A stretch of DNA of 32,000 bases. It comes from Candidatus Electronema halotolerans (GTDB taxonomy: Bacteria > Desulfobacterota > Desulfobulbia > Desulfobulbales > Desulfobulbaceae). A model generated the notes under the pieces. It did no database searches. It was not told where the DNA came from and was given only the letters and a program-made list of their open reading frames with translations. The stretch is taken from the NCBI GenBank assembly GCA_942493095.1, contig OW818675.1:2010001-2042000 (forward strand), given 5' to 3'. Both the position numbers and the translations under genes were made by a program. The first letter of the stretch is position 1, and every line of letters begins with the position of its first letter. Positions 1-9,456 of this stretch are shown here, piece by piece.

Positions 1-32
1 AACGCACTGACAGTTCTTTTCTCTCCCGCGAC

Positions 33-76
33 AAAGAACAGGCCGTGATCTTCAAGAAGATCACGGCCTGTTCTTT
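33..76. terminator. Perfect 21-bp inverted repeat, likely bidirectional intrinsic terminator
   Basis: AAAGAACAGGCCGTGATCTTC (33-53) / GAAGATCACGGCCTGTTCTTT (56-76), flanked by A-rich and T-rich tracts. Confidence 0.85.
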
Positions 77-94
77 TTGTTTGCAGCAGCCAGA

Positions 95-128
95 GCATCC
101 TTCGACAGGCTCAGAAGTCGAAGGATGC
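95..128. repeat. REP-like palindromic element
   Basis: GCATCCTTCGAC (95-106) / GTCGAAGGATGC (117-128), 12-bp perfect arms around AGGCTCAGAA; core resembles the widespread CCTTCGACAGGCTCAG repeat type. Confidence 0.6.
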
Positions 129-132
129 GCGG

Positions 133-450
133 TTATTTCCGGCTTTTCATCTCCTTGAGAATCATCAGCCCGACTTTGAACTTGGGTTCCTCCTCCTTTT
201 TCACGACTTTGTAAAAATCACACTTCTGGCAGTCCGCGCAGAATTTTTCCGAATATGATCCCTGCACGACTGCGCCCTTGCAGAGAGTCCCCTGAATCAC
301 CCAGCAGCAGCGGCCTCCATTCTTGCCGTCATGAATGCCGTCCGCCTTCTGCTCTTCAGCAGCAGGACAGATGCCAAACTCATGCGCCCGTTCTCCTCCT
401 GGTTCCCGTCCGCAGTTTTTGACTTCCCAGCAGTTCTTTTTTTCTGTCAT
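133..450 (-). CDS. two-CW domain-like cysteine-rich small protein
   Basis: 105 aa; paired NCWEVKNC...CCWVIQGTLC and CADCQKCDFYKVV motifs; GGAGGAG Shine-Dalgarno just before the ATG. Confidence 0.65.
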   Translation of the reverse strand: MTEKKNCWEVKNCGREPGGERAHEFGICPAAEEQKADGIHDGKNGGRCCWVIQGTLCKGAVVQGSYSEKFCADCQKCDFYKVVKKEEEPKFKVGLMILKEMKSRK

Positions 451-513
451 CTCCTCCAGCCCTCTTATTTTTCAGCCCCGCCGTCATGTTATGTTGGCGG
501 CGGAGCATCCATT

Positions 514-1698
514 CTATTCTTCCGCCTTGGACAGCTTGTCAATATAGACGAACTTGATGCTGTCGTCAGACTTTTCTATTTTGGTCAAATAGACTGCATC
601 CAAACCGCGATGATCATCCGGGCTGAATGAGACTGTCACGCCGCCCGGATCATAATCCACCATTGCTTCAAGAGCCTTTTTCAGAGATGCTGAATTGACC
701 GCTCCTTGCACGGAGCTGATCGCCTTGTGCATGACATTGGCGGCAATATAGCCTTCCAAGCTGACAAAGTCGTATTTGCTGCTGTCATTGCCAAGGTCTT
801 CATGGTACTGCTTGACAATCGGCAGCTCATCGCTCCAAGGATCAGGCACCACCTGACTGATATAGACATTGCCGCTTTCCTTGAGGCGGGCGGCCAAGGC
901 GGTCGAGCCAACAAAGGAAAGACTGATCATCGGCACCTTGAAATTCATCTTGTGCCACTGATTGATGGCCAAAGCGCAGGGCCTGCTGGTGCCGACCAAG
1001 ATCACCGCCTCTGCGCCGTTGCCCCGCACCTGCCTGACCCCGCCGCCCACAGAAACCGTGTTGCGCTTATAGTGCGGCACGCTTTTCCAGAACTCGCTCT
1101 GGTCCTCGCCTTCTCCAGGGATGGGCGGCACCGGCGGCACGATTTCAATCCCCTTGACCTTTTCCACCGCCTTCAAGGCGGCAGAGACACCGGCCAGGCC
1201 AAAGGCATCCTTCTGCACAAAAAGGCTGACCTTTTTCACGCCTAAGTCATCATGCAGCCGCCGCATCATGTTTTCCACTTCCGCATCATAGCTGGCCCGC
1301 AGGGCAAAGGAGTAGGGATTGGCCGCCGCATCACTGAGAAACCCGGCTCCGGTGAAGGCTCCAAAAAAAATGGTTTTCTGCTCATTGGCCAAAGGCGCGG
1401 CCACGGCGGAAGTCGGGGTGCCGACGTAGCCGAACAGTGCCTGCACCCCGTCTTGGAGAAAGGCTTCTGTGTTGATGCGGCAGCGGTCCGGCTCATAGCC
1501 GTCGTCTTTGCTGATCAGGATGACATCATCCGCCGCATGATGGTCAAAATAAGCTTTGCCGCCTTGGCGCATTTCTATGCCAAGAAAGGCGGTCGGGCCG
1601 GTCAGGGCGCAGGACTGGCCCAAGGTGACTGCCGCAGAACTTGTCTCCGGCAAGATCAGCACGCAGGTCAGCAGGAGTATCCATCGCATCTGTTTCAT
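514..1698 (-). CDS. ABC-transporter-type periplasmic substrate-binding protein (branched-chain amino acid/amide type, Peripla_BP_6-like)
   Basis: 394 aa with N-terminal signal peptide; GQSCALTGPTAFLGIEMRQGGKAYFD and VQALFGYVGTPTSAVAAPLANEQ are typical of LivJ-like binding proteins. No permease or ATPase gene adjacent. Confidence 0.8.
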   Translation of the reverse strand: MKQMRWILLLTCVLILPETSSAAVTLGQSCALTGPTAFLGIEMRQGGKAYFDHHAADDVILISKDDGYEPDRCRINTEAFLQDGVQALFGYVGTPTSAVAAPLANEQKTIFFGAFTGAGFLSDAAANPYSFALRASYDAEVENMMRRLHDDLGVKKVSLFVQKDAFGLAGVSAALKAVEKVKGIEIVPPVPPIPGEGEDQSEFWKSVPHYKRNTVSVGGGVRQVRGNGAEAVILVGTSRPCALAINQWHKMNFKVPMISLSFVGSTALAARLKESGNVYISQVVPDPWSDELPIVKQYHEDLGNDSSKYDFVSLEGYIAANVMHKAISSVQGAVNSASLKKALEAMVDYDPGGVTVSFSPDDHRGLDAVYLTKIEKSDDSIKFVYIDKLSKAEE

Positions 1699-1727
1699 GA
1701 CTCATTCCTTTGTCTGTTGATCGTGAC

Positions 1728-4700
1728 TCACGCTTTCACGTCAGGCTGCTGGTCGCCTTCAATTTTAAAGGCGGCAACAGATTCGAGCATGTCTTGGCCC
1801 ATTGCCTCCATCTCACGCATTGAAATCGAGGCTCCCATTGTCTCCTGAGCGGTTTCCAAGCTGATTTGCCCAATCTCTTTCATGTTGTCGGCAAGGTCGG
1901 CAGTGGTCTCAGCCTGCACGCTGGAGGCGGTGGCCACACTTTGAATCAGTTGCGCCACTTCGTTGGAGCGGGCCGTGATCTCCTCCAGTTTCTCCAAGGC
2001 GTTCTGGGAGAGCTTGGTGCCTTGGACAACCTCTTGGATGCTCGCGTCCATGCTGACTCCGGCCTCAGTGATCTCGCCGAGAATATTGCGGATCAGGGTT
2101 TCGATCTGGCGGGTGGAGGCAGCGGCCCGCTCGGCCAGCCGCTGAATTTCCTCAGCAACAACAGCGAAGCCGCGTCCCTCCTCGCCAGCCGCAGCCGCCT
2201 GAATGGAGGCATTGAGGGCCAGAATCGAGGTCCGGTCAGAAATCTCGTTGATGGTGCGGGCAAAGTCGCTGATCTCCTGCGAGCTTTCTCCCAGCCGCTT
2301 GATGGCGCGGGCCGTGTTCTGGACGTTGCTGCGGATGGACTCCATGGAATGACTGGTTTCCCGCACCGCGACCGCGCCTTCCTCAGCAACATGGCTGGAA
2401 GCGGCAGAGGATTCAGCAGACTGGCCCGCCTGCTTTGCCGCCTTTTTGATTTCCTCAGTCAGGACGCTGATTTTGTCAACCGCCTCTGTGACCATCTTGG
2501 ACTGACTGCTGTTCTGATCAGCCAGCTCGGCGGTTGATTCACTGAGCACGTTGGCGGTCATGCCGACCTGCTCGGCAGAATCCTTGATCCGGCGGAAGGC
2601 GCGGCCCAAGTTGTCGAGCATCAGGTTCAGGGAGTCGGCCAAGGTGCCGATAACGTCATCCGTGACTGTGGCCCGGATGGTCAGATCACCGTCAGCCAGC
2701 AGGGTGATTTCCTCCAGAAGCTGAATGATGGAGTTGTTCAGCTTGTCATGCTCGTCCTGACGGCTCTGAATCATGTTCTGAATCGTGCCGGTCATGGTGT
2801 TGAACGAGGAGGCCATGCGGCCCAGCTCGTCCTTGCTGATCACCTTGGCCTCCTGATGATAGTCGCCTTTCTCCACCTTGCTGATGACGCTCATGATCTC
2901 ATCCGCCTGCCGGGTCATGCCGCCTGCCACCCAGAGACTGACGCCGACAATGAAGGCTGTGGCAAGCAGCGCGGTCAGGCCGATCCAGTACATCAGCCGT
3001 GTGACAGGCTTATGCACTGCATCGTAATTTGCCTCGCTGATGATCGCCCACTTCAGGTCCTTGTACTGAAACGGCGCCCAAGAAGAAAGCACTTTCTCAT
3101 CCGCGCCGTTGACGATGATGCTTGTATCGTCCTTGCCTTTCAGAGCCTCCTGCACCGCAACAGTGCGCAACTTGGCCTTGGGATTGAGCAGCGTGCTGCT
3201 CACACCGTATTTTTTCGCATCTGCGGCCTCGGAACGCCACAGGCCGTCTTCACCGATCAAATAGGTGTCAGTGAGCACCACATCTTGCTGCCGATGGGCT
3301 GACTCCTTTTCAAACTGCCTGCGGATGTTCATCACCGCATTGATCTGGTCAATGGGGATCTGCAAGGCGGCGATCATGATCACCTGGCCTTTGTCATCCA
3401 TGATCGGCGCGGCGACAAAGGCTGCTGGTTTGCCGCCCGCAGGCTCGTAGAGGCTGTAGTCGCTGACTGCTATTTCCTTGCTTTCCAAGACCTTGACCAC
3501 AGTGCCTGAAAAGCCTGATCCAGCAAACGGGCCGGTGAGAATATTGGTGAGATAATCAGGCTGATGCTTGGCCGAGAAGAAGATGTAGCCATCAGGATTG
3601 AGCAGATACAGATCAGGAAATCCATAATCTGCGACAAGCTGGGTCAGATGATTCTCCTGCTCCTCGCCTTTCAGCTTGGGCGCCATTGCGTCAGCCTGAT
3701 CGATCTCAACCAGCAGCACCCAAGTGGTGCCGTGGATTTCCACGGCAGTGTAGGAGGAAAGGACGTAGTCGCCCCGGTAATTGATGGTGGTCTCCTCGCC
3801 GCTCTCGCCAGCCAAGGCATAGACCACGCTTTCCGTGTCAACAAGAAAGGCCGGGTTGGCCAAGGTCGGCTCCTCAAAATAGACGGAGTTGGAACGGAAC
3901 ATGCCATCCACGCCAACCATGTACGACTCGCCGCTCTCGCCAAGACCGGGCGTGTTTTTCATGATGCTGTCCAAGGCATCGCTTTTCAGCCGGAAGAGAA
4001 ACACGCCGACCAGCTGGCCTTCGTTGAACAGCGGCGAGGAAAAATAGGAGACAGGGGTTTCCTGAAAAAAGGAGGACAGGCCATAATCTGTAAAGGCGGC
4101 CTCCTGCTTTCCTTTTTGCAGCGCATTCCATTCAGGAGAGTTTTCCTGAGCAGCACTGCCCTGCTCCACTTTCTTGTCAGTGGAGTAGAGCACGGTTCCT
4201 TCAGGACTGAGCAGGACAAGGGAGAAAAAATCACGTTTGTCAAGCCATTGGCTCATGAAGTCCGTAAAGGAGGCGGTCAGGCCTGCGGCAGAATTCCTGA
4301 GAAAATCCTTAAAAACAACCTGCTGCTGAGGGCTGCTGCTGAAGGCCTGCACATCCTGAAGGCGGCTGTTGAAATAATCAACAATCTGCTTTTTCTGCAT
4401 GTCACGGATTGCAGCCAGCCGTGTGTAGGCCTCCTGCTGGAGCACCTGCATGGTGTCGGCGATGTTGTCCAGCGTTTTGGTCTGATCAGTGAAATACTGT
4501 TGCAGGGCCTGCTTCTGAAAGGCCAAGGTGGTTTCCAAGTTTTCAAAGGACTGCTGCCGCAAGGCCCAAGCAGAGTACCACCAGCTCAAACCGGCGATGA
4601 CGACCATTGCCAAAGAAATCAGCAGGAGCGAGGAGAGCAGTTTGCCTCTGATGCTCTGTTTCCAGTCAGTGAGCAGGCCGCGCCGTCCTGTCATCCACGC

Positions 4701-4736
4701 TGGTTTTCTTAGTTTCTTCTTCCACTCACGTGCCAT
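1728..4736 (-). CDS. methyl-accepting chemotaxis protein, PilJ-like signalling domain with large double-Cache-like periplasmic region
   Basis: 1002 aa; TM segments near residues 30-52 and about 600; HAMP-like region; signalling tip [44 protein letters not shown]. Confidence 0.93.
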   Translation of the reverse strand: MAREWKKKLRKPAWMTGRRGLLTDWKQSIRGKLLSSLLLISLAMVVIAGLSWWYSAWALRQQSFENLETTLAFQKQALQQYFTDQTKTLDNIADTMQVLQQEAYTRLAAIRDMQKKQIVDYFNSRLQDVQAFSSSPQQQVVFKDFLRNSAAGLTASFTDFMSQWLDKRDFFSLVLLSPEGTVLYSTDKKVEQGSAAQENSPEWNALQKGKQEAAFTDYGLSSFFQETPVSYFSSPLFNEGQLVGVFLFRLKSDALDSIMKNTPGLGESGESYMVGVDGMFRSNSVYFEEPTLANPAFLVDTESVVYALAGESGEETTINYRGDYVLSSYTAVEIHGTTWVLLVEIDQADAMAPKLKGEEQENHLTQLVADYGFPDLYLLNPDGYIFFSAKHQPDYLTNILTGPFAGSGFSGTVVKVLESKEIAVSDYSLYEPAGGKPAAFVAAPIMDDKGQVIMIAALQIPIDQINAVMNIRRQFEKESAHRQQDVVLTDTYLIGEDGLWRSEAADAKKYGVSSTLLNPKAKLRTVAVQEALKGKDDTSIIVNGADEKVLSSWAPFQYKDLKWAIISEANYDAVHKPVTRLMYWIGLTALLATAFIVGVSLWVAGGMTRQADEIMSVISKVEKGDYHQEAKVISKDELGRMASSFNTMTGTIQNMIQSRQDEHDKLNNSIIQLLEEITLLADGDLTIRATVTDDVIGTLADSLNLMLDNLGRAFRRIKDSAEQVGMTANVLSESTAELADQNSSQSKMVTEAVDKISVLTEEIKKAAKQAGQSAESSAASSHVAEEGAVAVRETSHSMESIRSNVQNTARAIKRLGESSQEISDFARTINEISDRTSILALNASIQAAAAGEEGRGFAVVAEEIQRLAERAAASTRQIETLIRNILGEITEAGVSMDASIQEVVQGTKLSQNALEKLEEITARSNEVAQLIQSVATASSVQAETTADLADNMKEIGQISLETAQETMGASISMREMEAMGQDMLESVAAFKIEGDQQPDVKA

Positions 4737-4785
4737 GTTCTCTCCTTTGAAACAAGAAAATTGCCTGAAACAGGCTGTCAGACCT

Positions 4786-5301
4786 TCAAACCGCTGCTGG
4801 CGCGCAGAGCGCCGGACGCAGATCAGGCAGGATCAGCAGCCTGTTCTCATGCGTGAATATGCCTTTGATCAAAGCAAGATTCATGCCAGTTTGCTCCGCC
4901 GCCACAGGCTGGCAGTCAGCAGATGCCTCGCCTGCGCTGATGCGGTCGGAAACTTTGAGGACGCAGCGCAGCAGCAGCTTGTCCTCCTGCGCAGCATCCT
5001 TGCTTTCTGCTGGCAGAATCACCCGCACCACCATGTGAAAATGCCGGTCAGCCGCACAAGTCAGGCCGTACAGGCTGACCATGTCAATGACCGGCAGCAC
5101 CTGCCGCCGCCATGCGCACAACCCGGAGAGCCAGTCCGGGGCAAAGGGCAGCGGCTGCACCTTGACTTCCGGCAGCACCTCCTCAATCTGACGGGCGGCA
5201 AAAAGAAAAAACGGTTCCTTGTCAAGAAGCTGCGCGCCGGGCAGGGCAACCAGCACGGTTCTCAGGGCAAAACGGGACGTTTTTTTCTTATTCGGCATCA
5301 C
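4786..5301 (-). CDS. CheW-like scaffold protein
   Basis: 171 aa; [41 protein letters not shown] matches the CheW core pattern. Confidence 0.8.
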   Translation of the reverse strand: MMPNKKKTSRFALRTVLVALPGAQLLDKEPFFLFAARQIEEVLPEVKVQPLPFAPDWLSGLCAWRRQVLPVIDMVSLYGLTCAADRHFHMVVRVILPAESKDAAQEDKLLLRCVLKVSDRISAGEASADCQPVAAEQTGMNLALIKGIFTHENRLLILPDLRPALCAPAAV

Positions 5302-6166
5302 TGCCCCCTTGCTTTTTGCGGCTCATGGTCTCCTTGCAACGGAGAACAATCTGCTCCATCAGGTATTCAATCACATTTTTATTCAGGCCCTTGCGTTTGA
5401 TCATGCCTGCCAGCTCAGAGGGCAGCTGCTCCACGCCAAGATGCAGCTCCTGCCCCCTGCGGCTCTGCTTAAAGCGGGTGACAGTCCAGCTCATCACCTG
5501 TTTAAAGGTTTCCTCGTCAATAGCGGCGGATTCCTTTTTCTGCGCTTCTTGGCCTGGCGGCGGTTGTTCCGGTTCATCGGCCTTGGCAGAATTGGCAGAT
5601 TCCGCCAAGGCATTCTCCAAGAAAAACGGCATTGCCGCCTGCGGCTCAGAGGGCGCGTCCTCCGCCTCTTCCTCCTCTGTTTCTGGAAAAAACGGATCAT
5701 CCTCTTCTGGTTCCGGCACTGCGGCCTGAGCATCCGCTCTTTCTTTCGCAGGCGACCGCACACCGATATTTTGTCCTAATTCTAAAGCGGTGGCAACAAG
5801 TTGCGTCGGCTCAAGGAGCAAAACTGGCAGTTCCTCCCAAATTGTCACCTGCGGGCAGAGTCTGGCAGTCAAGGCCGGGCAGGCTGACGGCAGCGGGCCG
5901 GGCGGATTGCTCATTTCCACCTCATCAGCGGCAAGACGGTCTGCGATGAGAAAGACGCGCTCCTCTCCATTCCGCAGCTCAAGACAGACCGCCTCATCTG
6001 GAACTGCCTGAGCAGCCTGCTGGGACAGAAGAGCATCAAGCTGAAAAATCAGGCCTTTTTGTTCCGTCTGCGCCGCTGTCTCAGCCCAAGTGCGGCGGGC
6101 AATGACATTGTCGCAGTCGATGCCAAGCAGAAACGGGCCGCCTTGAACTATGCACACTTTTTTCAT
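5288..6166 (-). CDS. hypothetical protein of the chemosensory cluster (CheW-like N-terminus, acidic/proline-rich linker, helical C-terminus)
   Basis: 292 aa; overlaps the downstream cheW-like gene by 14 bp; N-terminal MKKVCIVQGGPFLLGIDCDNVIARR resembles the start of CheW-type domains; remainder unassigned. Confidence 0.6.
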   Translation of the reverse strand: MKKVCIVQGGPFLLGIDCDNVIARRTWAETAAQTEQKGLIFQLDALLSQQAAQAVPDEAVCLELRNGEERVFLIADRLAADEVEMSNPPGPLPSACPALTARLCPQVTIWEELPVLLLEPTQLVATALELGQNIGVRSPAKERADAQAAVPEPEEDDPFFPETEEEEAEDAPSEPQAAMPFFLENALAESANSAKADEPEQPPPGQEAQKKESAAIDEETFKQVMSWTVTRFKQSRRGQELHLGVEQLPSELAGMIKRKGLNKNVIEYLMEQIVLRCKETMSRKKQGGSDAE

Positions 6167-6270
6167 GGAGTCTTTCGCATTCCGATTGACTTCTCAGGCA
6201 TCGGGCAGCTCTCTCAGCTCTTCGGCGGAAATAGAGCTATATCACGTTTATGCCGTTCGCCTGATGTTAA

Positions 6271-7575
6271 GGGAACCTCGAAAAATTTGAGATAAAGTTT
6301 TTTCAGCTTATCAATAGTGTCTTTGACAGTTGAAAATTTCAAATACATAAATTGTTATTTCCTGTTTTTTATTTATTTTGAGCAAACTTCCGTTGAAATA
6401 TGTTCCTGAATGCGTTTCTTTTTTTTAAATCTTAAATTTTATTAAGAGTTCCGTACCTGTCAATATTGAACGTCAAGTTTCTCAAGCCTATTTTCGCAGC
6501 AGCGCGAATGAAACCTGTTCCTCGGAGAATCATATTGCCAGCACGTTGCGCCTGGATGCCGAAGACGTGTTCAATCCGGGAGCGAATTTTTGATCTTGTC
6601 CGATTTCCCTGCTTCTCCCATTCGGTCAGTTTCCGGCTTCGTGTTCCTTTGCGGTTCAGATGCTCTCTGTATCCATTCTCGTTCAACCAGTTGAGCTTTT
6701 TTTCAGATCTGTATGCCGAATCCGCATAGATATCCCGACTGGTGTTGTCAGGGTCAAGCAGCTCCTCAAAAATATTGCTGTCATGAACCTCGGCGCTGGT
6801 CACCGCATATTTTCGGATGAATTTATGCTTCACATCAACAGATATATGATTTTTATAACCAAAAAAGCTTCTGCCGTTCTTTTTGGTCCAACGGGCATCA
6901 GTATCCTTCTGCGCCTGCTTATTCTCACTCCATCCTTCAGGCTGTTCACCATTCTTGATCTGCTTGTTTTCCTTGCGGCTGTTACGCTGGATCGGGGCGT
7001 TGACTATGGAAGCGTCGACTATCTGCCCTTTTCTGGCTTGATATCCATTTTCATCAAGAAATTCGTCAAAAACAGAAAACAGTTCCTCGATTTTTCCTGC
7101 TTTGGTCAAAGTTTCACGAAAAAGCCATATCGTTGTCGCATCTGGAACTTTGTCAGCCGCCCGAAGTCCAAGGAATCTGGAAAACGAATATCTGTCAAGA
7201 ATTTGATATTCCATCCCTTTATCAGAAAGATTGTATAATGATTGCAAAATTAAAATTTTGAACATCATGACTGAATCATAACCTTTAGCTCCAGCATTTG
7301 ATTTCACAGGCTTTCTTTTTGCTTCTTCAAGAATTGGCCGAAATATTTCCCAGTCAATAGCCTTGTTGATCTTAACTAAAGGATCACCTGCTTTGTCAAT
7401 TCGGGAAAGACGAATATAAAAATCAAAAAATCCAAGTTGGTTCATCTGTGCATCTCCGGCAGCATGAGTTGAATTGATGCCGAAATTATAACATAATAGA
7501 CTGAAATTTCAATATTAAAATAAAAAATAACAAAACAAATGCAGCAGAATGGATGTTGTATTTTTCGAGGAACCC
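6271..7575 (-). mobile_element. IS5-family insertion sequence, complete, 1305 bp
   Basis: Ends GGGAACCTCGAAAAAT (left, 6271-6286) and GGGTTCCTCGAAAAAT (right end read inward, 7575-7560) match at 14/16; flanked by identical TTAA at 6267-6270 and 7576-7579; contains an intact transposase ORF. Confidence 0.93.
6432..7445 (-). CDS. IS5-family transposase (DDE type)
   Basis: 337 aa; DSVMMFKILILQSLYNLSD, LGLRAADKVPDATTIWLFRE, GQIVDASIVNAP, YADSAYRS and IRSRIEHVFG motifs. Confidence 0.93.
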   Translation of the reverse strand: MNQLGFFDFYIRLSRIDKAGDPLVKINKAIDWEIFRPILEEAKRKPVKSNAGAKGYDSVMMFKILILQSLYNLSDKGMEYQILDRYSFSRFLGLRAADKVPDATTIWLFRETLTKAGKIEELFSVFDEFLDENGYQARKGQIVDASIVNAPIQRNSRKENKQIKNGEQPEGWSENKQAQKDTDARWTKKNGRSFFGYKNHISVDVKHKFIRKYAVTSAEVHDSNIFEELLDPDNTSRDIYADSAYRSEKKLNWLNENGYREHLNRKGTRSRKLTEWEKQGNRTRSKIRSRIEHVFGIQAQRAGNMILRGTGFIRAAAKIGLRNLTFNIDRYGTLNKI

Positions 7576-7905
7576 TTAAGACCACGACTGTGAAAACCTT
7601 TAACTTTGGATGATAGTCTTTTGAATTTCTTACTTTTTCAAGCAAGGAAGCGGAATAATAATACAGAAAACTGTCATAGTGGTCGGTCAGCCGTGCATGT
7701 TGAATATCTACAATGAAACGATGGGCGGAATCCTCGGCAAATAAGTCATTGATGTACCCGACCGGCGGATCAAATTCCTTTTCTGTTTCGACCCGCTCAA
7801 CAACAAGTTCCATTACCAGCAGGTCTCTGATAAAGGTCGAGAAAATTTCTGGGTCAAAAAATGCTTTTTTAAAAACGACTCCATATTGGAGTGAGGCGAC
7901 TCGTT

Positions 7906-9456
7906 TCATTTATTTGTAATTCTTTCGATTAAAAAATTACTCATTTCAATAGCCATGCCTTCATTATTTTTTGCAATTTCTATTATTTCTTTCACCTCTT
8001 TATCTGTAATCATTTCAAATTGATATTGACTCGGTGCTAAAGACTTGTTCAAGTCCCCTGGTTCAAACTTATCAAGGTTGTCTCCATAAGTTCTCTTGTT
8101 TATCCTTATAATATCTTGGCCAATATTGCTAAGAAGATAAATAAAAATTTTGTCAATTAAATTTATGCCGAAAATGTTTGGGTAAAAACAATGAAAACAT
8201 GTAAAATTTATAGCATCTGTAAAATTTCTAACTACTTTTACTCTTCCTCTGTTAAACACCCCAAATAATATTGGAGCAGGAGTTCTCCGTTCAATTTTAT
8301 ACCAAGGATTTCTCATTCTCGTAAGGTATCTCTTGTTATACCCACAATCCTCACCGTACTTTATATATTTTTGTATTTCATTGTTGCTCGCATCAGCAAC
8401 ATTTAAACAGTAAACAGGTTTGTCAAAATTGTATATTTCAACAAAGTCTTCTTCAGTAAAAATTGGCTTTCGTATTTGAGAACTTTTTGTTACACATTTA
8501 CAGATATTATCCTTCCCGATTCCCAATTTAATAATTTTCTCCTTTTTAAGAGAGAAAAAACTATTCGCACCTGTTGCAATTCCTCTTGTAAATGAACCGT
8601 AAAATGACAACTTGACAAAACCATAAGGTGTTATACTGGAAGAAAATAATGACATTAAAATTGGTGTCCACTTTTTGTCAGGAGGCAAGTCGGACAGTCC
8701 AATTTTTTTATGATAATAATCATCAATATCTGCAATCTGGTAAAGATTGTCAATAGATTCTATTTTTGTTATCTTAATAGCGTTTCTTTTTTTATCCTTT
8801 TTACAAAGGAGTACGCAGACTGTTGTTGTCGCATCAGGGAATATTTCCTTTTCATTATAAAAAATTACTATTTGTTTCAAAAGGTAATTTTTTGTAAGGA
8901 TTTTTTTTATTTCCCTGCCGTATCCAGTGTTGAAGAATTCAAAAGGCATAATAAAAGCTAAGTTTCCATTTTCATTCAGCTCACTTAGTGCTTTCACAAG
9001 GAAAATTGATGATATGTTAGAATAACCTGCAATTTTTTCGCCAACCTGTTTTTCAATTATTGGCAGTATATTGTGTCTATTAAGAAAATTTTGGAATCGC
9101 AAATATGGAGGGTTGCAAATAACTGCATCATATTTGTTGTTATGATTAGCTTCCAGATAATTACTATTGAAAATTTTTAAATTTGTTTTTCTATTATCTT
9201 TGTCAAGATAAGTAAAAATATTACTATCTATTTCATAACCTACAAATTTAGCAATATAATTAGGTTTCAGACTCATTACTTCATCGTAAAAAATTCCAAG
9301 TCCAAAGGCTGGATCTATAATAGTTTTCGGCTCATCTTTTAAAATCCACTGCGCCATAAGACGGGCTACAGGTGATGGCGTAAAAAATTGACCATAGGTC
9401 TTCCTATGGCGGATAGATGTATTTTTTACATATTCAGATTCACGCATCAATAACAT
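7906..9456 (-). CDS. Type II DNA adenine-N6 methyltransferase (gamma-like, NPPY)
   Basis: 516 aa; YGQFFTPSPVARLMAQWIL (motif X-like), IIDPAFGLGIFYDE (motif I), YDAVICNPPYLRFQ (motif IV). Confidence 0.88.
   Translation of the reverse strand: MLLMRESEYVKNTSIRHRKTYGQFFTPSPVARLMAQWILKDEPKTIIDPAFGLGIFYDEVMSLKPNYIAKFVGYEIDSNIFTYLDKDNRKTNLKIFNSNYLEANHNNKYDAVICNPPYLRFQNFLNRHNILPIIEKQVGEKIAGYSNISSIFLVKALSELNENGNLAFIMPFEFFNTGYGREIKKILTKNYLLKQIVIFYNEKEIFPDATTTVCVLLCKKDKKRNAIKITKIESIDNLYQIADIDDYYHKKIGLSDLPPDKKWTPILMSLFSSSITPYGFVKLSFYGSFTRGIATGANSFFSLKKEKIIKLGIGKDNICKCVTKSSQIRKPIFTEEDFVEIYNFDKPVYCLNVADASNNEIQKYIKYGEDCGYNKRYLTRMRNPWYKIERRTPAPILFGVFNRGRVKVVRNFTDAINFTCFHCFYPNIFGINLIDKIFIYLLSNIGQDIIRINKRTYGDNLDKFEPGDLNKSLAPSQYQFEMITDKEVKEIIEIAKNNEGMAIEMSNFLIERITNK

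Larger units (their letters stand above)
6214..7909 (-). pseudogene. PD-(D/E)XK/Rpn-like nuclease-transposase family gene disrupted by the IS element
   Basis: N-terminal part (7909 down to 7576) reads ...FKKAFFDPEIFSTFIRDLL...FIVDIQHARLTDHYDSFLYYYSASLLEKVRNSKDYHPKLKVFTVVVL. Excising the IS and one TTAA continues in frame as TSGERHKRDIALFPPKS* ending at 6214. The called ORF 7442-7909 is partly IS-derived. Confidence 0.75.

Noticed and set aside
3564-4712. Long plus-strand ORF (382 aa) opposite the MCP
   Set aside because: Antisense to a confidently identified coding sequence; no recognisable domains; typical of GC-rich antisense open frames.
7442-7576. C-terminal tail VPRKIQHPFCCICFVIFYFNIEISVYY... 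of the ORF 7442-7909
   Set aside because: This part is translated from the IS element's right end, not a native C-terminus.
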